From Chiloscyllium plagiosum (Eukaryota): 44,755 nt of DNA. A model generated the notes under the pieces. The model saw nothing but the letters and a program-made list of their open reading frames with translations, ran no database searches and was not told the origin of the DNA. The first letter of the stretch is position 1. Each line of letters begins with the position of its first letter. Position numbers and translations under genes: made by a program. Shown in pieces: positions 41,116-44,755 of the stretch. The DNA lies in contig NC_057756.1 of assembly GCF_004010195.1 (NCBI RefSeq), positions 8,666,221 through 8,710,975 on the forward strand, read 5' to 3'.

Positions 41116-41543
41116 GTGTCCCAGAGGTGTTCTCTGAAATGTTCTGCAAGTAGGCAGCCTGTCTCTACTTGCGGAACGTTTCAGAGAACACCTCTGGGAC
41201 ACCCGGACCAACCAACCCAACCACCCCATGGCTCAACACTTCAACTCCACCAAGGACATGCAGGTCCTTGGACTCCTCCATCGCCAGACCATAGCAACAT
41301 GACAGTTGGAGGAAGAGCGCCTCATCTTCCGCCTAGGAACCCTCCAACCACAAGGGATGAATGCAGATTTCTCCAGTTTCCTCATTTCCCCTCCCCCCAC
41401 CTTGTCTCAGTCAAATCCCTCGAACTCAGTACCGCCTTCCTAACCTGCAATCTTCTTCNNNNNNNNNNNNNNNNNNNNNNNNNNGCTTTTCCAGCAACAC
41501 ATTTTCAGCTCTGATCTCCAGCATCTGCAGTCCTCACTTTCTC
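41116..41543 (+). mobile_element. Penelope-like element 3' end with GIY-YIG endonuclease remnant and a short 5' inversion (N gap at 41459-41484)
   Basis: LLAERFREHLWDTRTNQPNHPMAQHFNS...LEEERLIFRLGTLQPQGMNADFSSF; 41117-41165 is an inverted copy; family A tail after the gap. Confidence 0.85.
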
Positions 41544-42212
41544 AACAAAGAGATGACAACCCAGTTAAACAAATACTTTGGATTGGTCTTCACTAAGGAA
41601 GACACAAATGATCTACAGGAAATGCTGGGGACACAAGGTCAAGCATGAAGGAGATCCTTATAAGTCAGGAAATGGTATTGGGGAAATTGAGAAGATTTGT
41701 AGCTCAGGTTGAAGTTCTGGATGTAGGTTTGCTCGCTGAGCTGGAAGGTTAGTTTTCTCATTGCTCTGCTATTCTTCTGGCGAGTGGCGTGTTAAGGGGA
41801 GGTTTGTATTTAAGACATTTTGGGTAGTACTTGTTTTCTTAGGCATTCATGCAGGAAGTACATGAATTTTAACAAAACAGAACAAATAGGGTGAGTGAGA
41901 CGATGACAGCAACCCAGCAATTATTATTCAATTCACAATTGGGAACACAAATGTACAGTCAATAAATATCAAGTTTCATTATAAAAACACTCCCATTCAC
42001 AAATTGGAACAGTAACACTTTTCAAGTCTGCTGTCATTATTCTGATTTCTGTAAAGGATCGAGAGACAAGGAAGGGGGTTGGAGGTGTGGAAAGTGGGTC
42101 TGTGCCAGGGGGTTAACTCCCACTCCCCCAGCCCCTGGGGAGCTTGTATCCCTGGGTCAGAAGCACCAGACGTGTTCCGGAGATGAATGGAATATTCAGG
42201 AGAATCCAAGCT

Positions 42213-42822
42213 GCCAGGATTGTTAGGAAGGTGTATGGTGTGTTGGCTTTCATGGACAGGGGGATTGAGTTTAAGAGCCGCAAGGTTATGCTGCAGCTCT
42301 ATGGAGCCATGGTTAGACCACAATTGGAATATTGTGTCCAGTTCTGGTCACCTCATTATGAGGAGGGATGTGGAAGCTTTAGAGAGGGTGCAGAGGAGAT
42401 TTACCAGGATGCTGCCTGGACTGGAGGGCATGTCTTACAAAGAAAGGTTGAGGGAGTGAGAGCGTTTCTCACTGGAGCGGAAAAGGACGAGAGATGACTT
42501 GATAGGGGTGTACAAGTTGTTGAGGCATAGAGAGCCAGAGACATTTTCCCATCGTGGAGATGTCTATCACAGGGGCAGAGGACTTAATTTTAAAGGTGAT
42601 TAGAGGAACATTTCAGGAAGATGTTGGAGCTAGGTTCTTTACACAGAGTGGCATGGTAGTTGAGTCAGATGCATTAGGGACATTTAAGCATCTCTTGACT
42701 AGACACACTGATGATAGTACAATGAAGGGTATGTAGGTTAGTATGATCTTAGAGTAGGATAAAAAGGTTGGCACAACATCGAGGGCTGAAGGGCCTGTAC
42801 TGTGCTGTTCTACGTTTTATCT
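42213..42822 (+). mobile_element. CR1 3' fragment
   Basis: [30 protein letters not shown]; tail gaagggcctgtactgtgctgttcta. Confidence 0.9.
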
Positions 42823-43275
42823 CTTCAGCAGGGGTGTAGAGGAGGGAGATCCTTACCTAGCCTGGGTGGGAGAGACACCAACAACTATTCACACATGGAG
42901 GGGGAGCAGCAGCTTAAAATAAATCCCAGAGTCCAGACTTTATTCCTCAACACCTCACCACCCCTGCCCCCCCCAATGAGAAAAGTTCTCCAAAACAAAA
43001 AAAAGGATATTTTTTAAATTGCCAAATAAATATTGCCGAACACATTATTTCATTGCCAGTTTCTGACCCCACAGGCTCCAGTCTGTTCCACCCCCAGTAC
43101 TCTTTGGGCTATTCAGCAATGGCAGGCATCAAATCTTAGTTTGCTTTAAAAACCCGAGTGGGGCTCAAATTTCAACATGAATGAGCAATGAGGGGTCAGG
43201 AAAAATACCAATATTACATACTCTACAAGCCCAACGGGACATTAATTTAAACAGGTACACAGGATCAGAGCTATT

Positions 43276-43595
43276 GGGTGGCACGGTGGCACAGTGGTTA
43301 GCACTGCTGCCTCACAGCGCCAGAAACCCGGGTTCAATTCCCGCCTCAGGCGACTGACTGTGTGGAGTTTGCACATTCTCCCAGTGTCTGCGTGGGTTTC
43401 CTCCGGGTGCTCCGGTTTCCTCCCACAGTCCAAAGATGTGCAGGTGAGGTGAATTGGCCATGCTAAATTGTCCGTAGTGTTAGGTAAGGGGTAAATGTAG
43501 GGCTATGGGTGGGTTGCGCTTCGGCGGGTCGGTGTGGACTTGTTGGGCCGAAGGGCCTGTTTCCACATTGTAAAGTAATCTAATCTAAAAAAAAT
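43276..43595 (+). mobile_element. Full-length HE1-like V-SINE
   Basis: A box tggcacagtgg, B box ggttcaattcc, V-domain tgtggagtttgcacattctcc...gggtgctccggtttcctcccaca, CR1-like tail gaagggcctgtttccac; ctatt duplicated on both sides. Confidence 0.9.
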
Positions 43596-43734
43596 CTATT
43601 CCGTATTTGGTGAAAAACCTGAGCTTCTAGATTTATGACAGACACTGTCTCCATGCCAGAGAAAATATACACAGCCCCACAGGAGCAGTAGTGTGGATCT
43701 CATACTCATATATACAGGCAGAGTGACCTTTCTG

Positions 43735-43878
43735 CACACACACTCACACACATACATACACACACAGGCAGTGTGACCCTTTCTCCTCCTCCTCTCTCAC
43801 ACACAAACACACACACTCTCTCACATATACACACACACTGTCTCTCACACACTCTGAGACACACACACACACACACAG
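43735..43878. repeat. Imperfect (CA)n/(CT)n microsatellite
   Basis: Direct inspection. Confidence 0.9.
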
Positions 43879-43996
43879 ATGTACAATTCTCTTCCTTGCA
43901 GACTGCCTGTGCGAACGGACACAGTTCTGTCCAGCACAGCAGCCTCAGTACAAGCTAAGGGACGTATTCGATCTCTTTCTCCGGACTGGATTCCTG

Positions 43997-44200
43997 TCAT
44001 TTGTACCGTTTGCCAAACTTCGAGTGTTGTGTCTGTCCCTGAGACAGGAGGAAGCCGGGGGGAGGTCTCAGGACCTTGTCCAGCCTTGGCATCAAGTAGT
44101 AGCTGACCAGGGGCACGGGCTGGTAGAAGGTAGCGTACTGGACCAGCTTGTGAGGATACTGGGGCCACACTGCAGCAGACTGGTATAAACCTCCGGGCAC
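43997..44200 (-). CDS. Probable terminal coding exon of an unidentified gene that starts beyond the window (67 aa, Pro/Tyr-rich)
   Basis: Strong acceptor ttttcttcctcccag|GTG. Frame VPGGLYQSAAVWPQYPHKLVQYATFYQPVPLVSYYLMPRLDKVLRPPPGFLLSQGQTQHSKFGKRYK* has GC3-biased codons; sequence is not repeat-like. Confidence 0.55.
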   Translation of the reverse strand: MPGGLYQSAAVWPQYPHKLVQYATFYQPVPLVSYYLMPRLDKVLRPPPGFLLSQGQTQHSKFGKRYK

Positions 44201-44550
44201 CTGGGAGGAAGAAAAGGGACAGTCAGAGGAATCAAACCAACAAGCCCCAATCTGGCCTGCAGACTGGACAGAATCTGCATTTCCATAGCGCCTCCCATCA
44301 CCTCCATGTTCCCCAAAACACATCGGCAAGCTCCCCCTAGCATTAGTTCTTTAGTGTTATTGGTCGAGGGGCAAACTTTGGCGTCAAGACCCAGAGAAAG
44401 CTCTCAGAACAAACAGTGGCCGAGAGATCTTTTATACCCCTCATCAGCGCAGTGCTCTGACTCAGCACGGACCCTCCGGCAACCTTCAACTGGCTGCATC
44501 AAATTCACACACATTACACTGTTATTGTAGGGGCTGGAGGGGGTTAGAGA

Positions 44551-44755
44551 GATAGAGTCATAGAGATGTACAGCACGGAAACCGACCCTTCAGTCCAACC
44601 CGTCCATGCCGACCAGATATCCCAACCCAATCTAGTCCCACCTGCCAGCACCCGGCCCATATCCCTCCAACCCCTTCCTATTCATATACCCATCCAAATG
44701 CCTCTTAAATGTTGCAATTGTACCAGCCTCCACCACTTCCTCTGGCAGCTCATTC
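44551..44755 (-). mobile_element. Young CR1 3' end, running off the window
   Basis: Near-identical reverse complement of 14420-14605. Confidence 0.9.

Noticed and set aside
43276..43350. tRNA gene
   Set aside because: The A and B boxes belong to the SINE head and run directly into the V-domain; the same applies to the SINE heads at 25867 and 34735.

Overview
Eukaryotic genomic DNA, most likely a shark or other cartilaginous fish (inferred from an HE1/V-SINE-like element and the CR1 and Penelope repeat content). The main gene is HAUS5 (augmin subunit 5) on the + strand. I reconstructed it by hand as a probable non-coding exon ending at 9642 plus 19 coding exons (9999-35600; 2001 nt, 666 aa) with consistent phases and GT-AG borders. 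It includes a U12-type (minor spliceosome) intron next to a 25-nt micro-exon and a promoter with E2F, CHR and E-box motifs. On the - strand downstream lie a frameshifted C1q-domain exon, a second more decayed C1q-like remnant, and the probable last coding exon of an unidentified gene (44200-43997). Most of the rest is nested retroelements (CR1, a second CR1/L2-group LINE, SINEs, Penelope-like fragments), a TA-flanked MITE, a decayed Myb/SANT remnant and several minisatellites. The most striking non-genic signal is a set of short (about 90-320 bp) insertions, mostly TSD-flanked, from at least three Penelope-related families. They carry minimal hammerhead-ribozyme cores (CUGANGA-stem-GAAA), often as inverted pairs, and five independent copies share a boundary just upstream of the core. 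There is no CRISPR array and no prokaryotic content. All homology calls are from memory of the families, not from searches.
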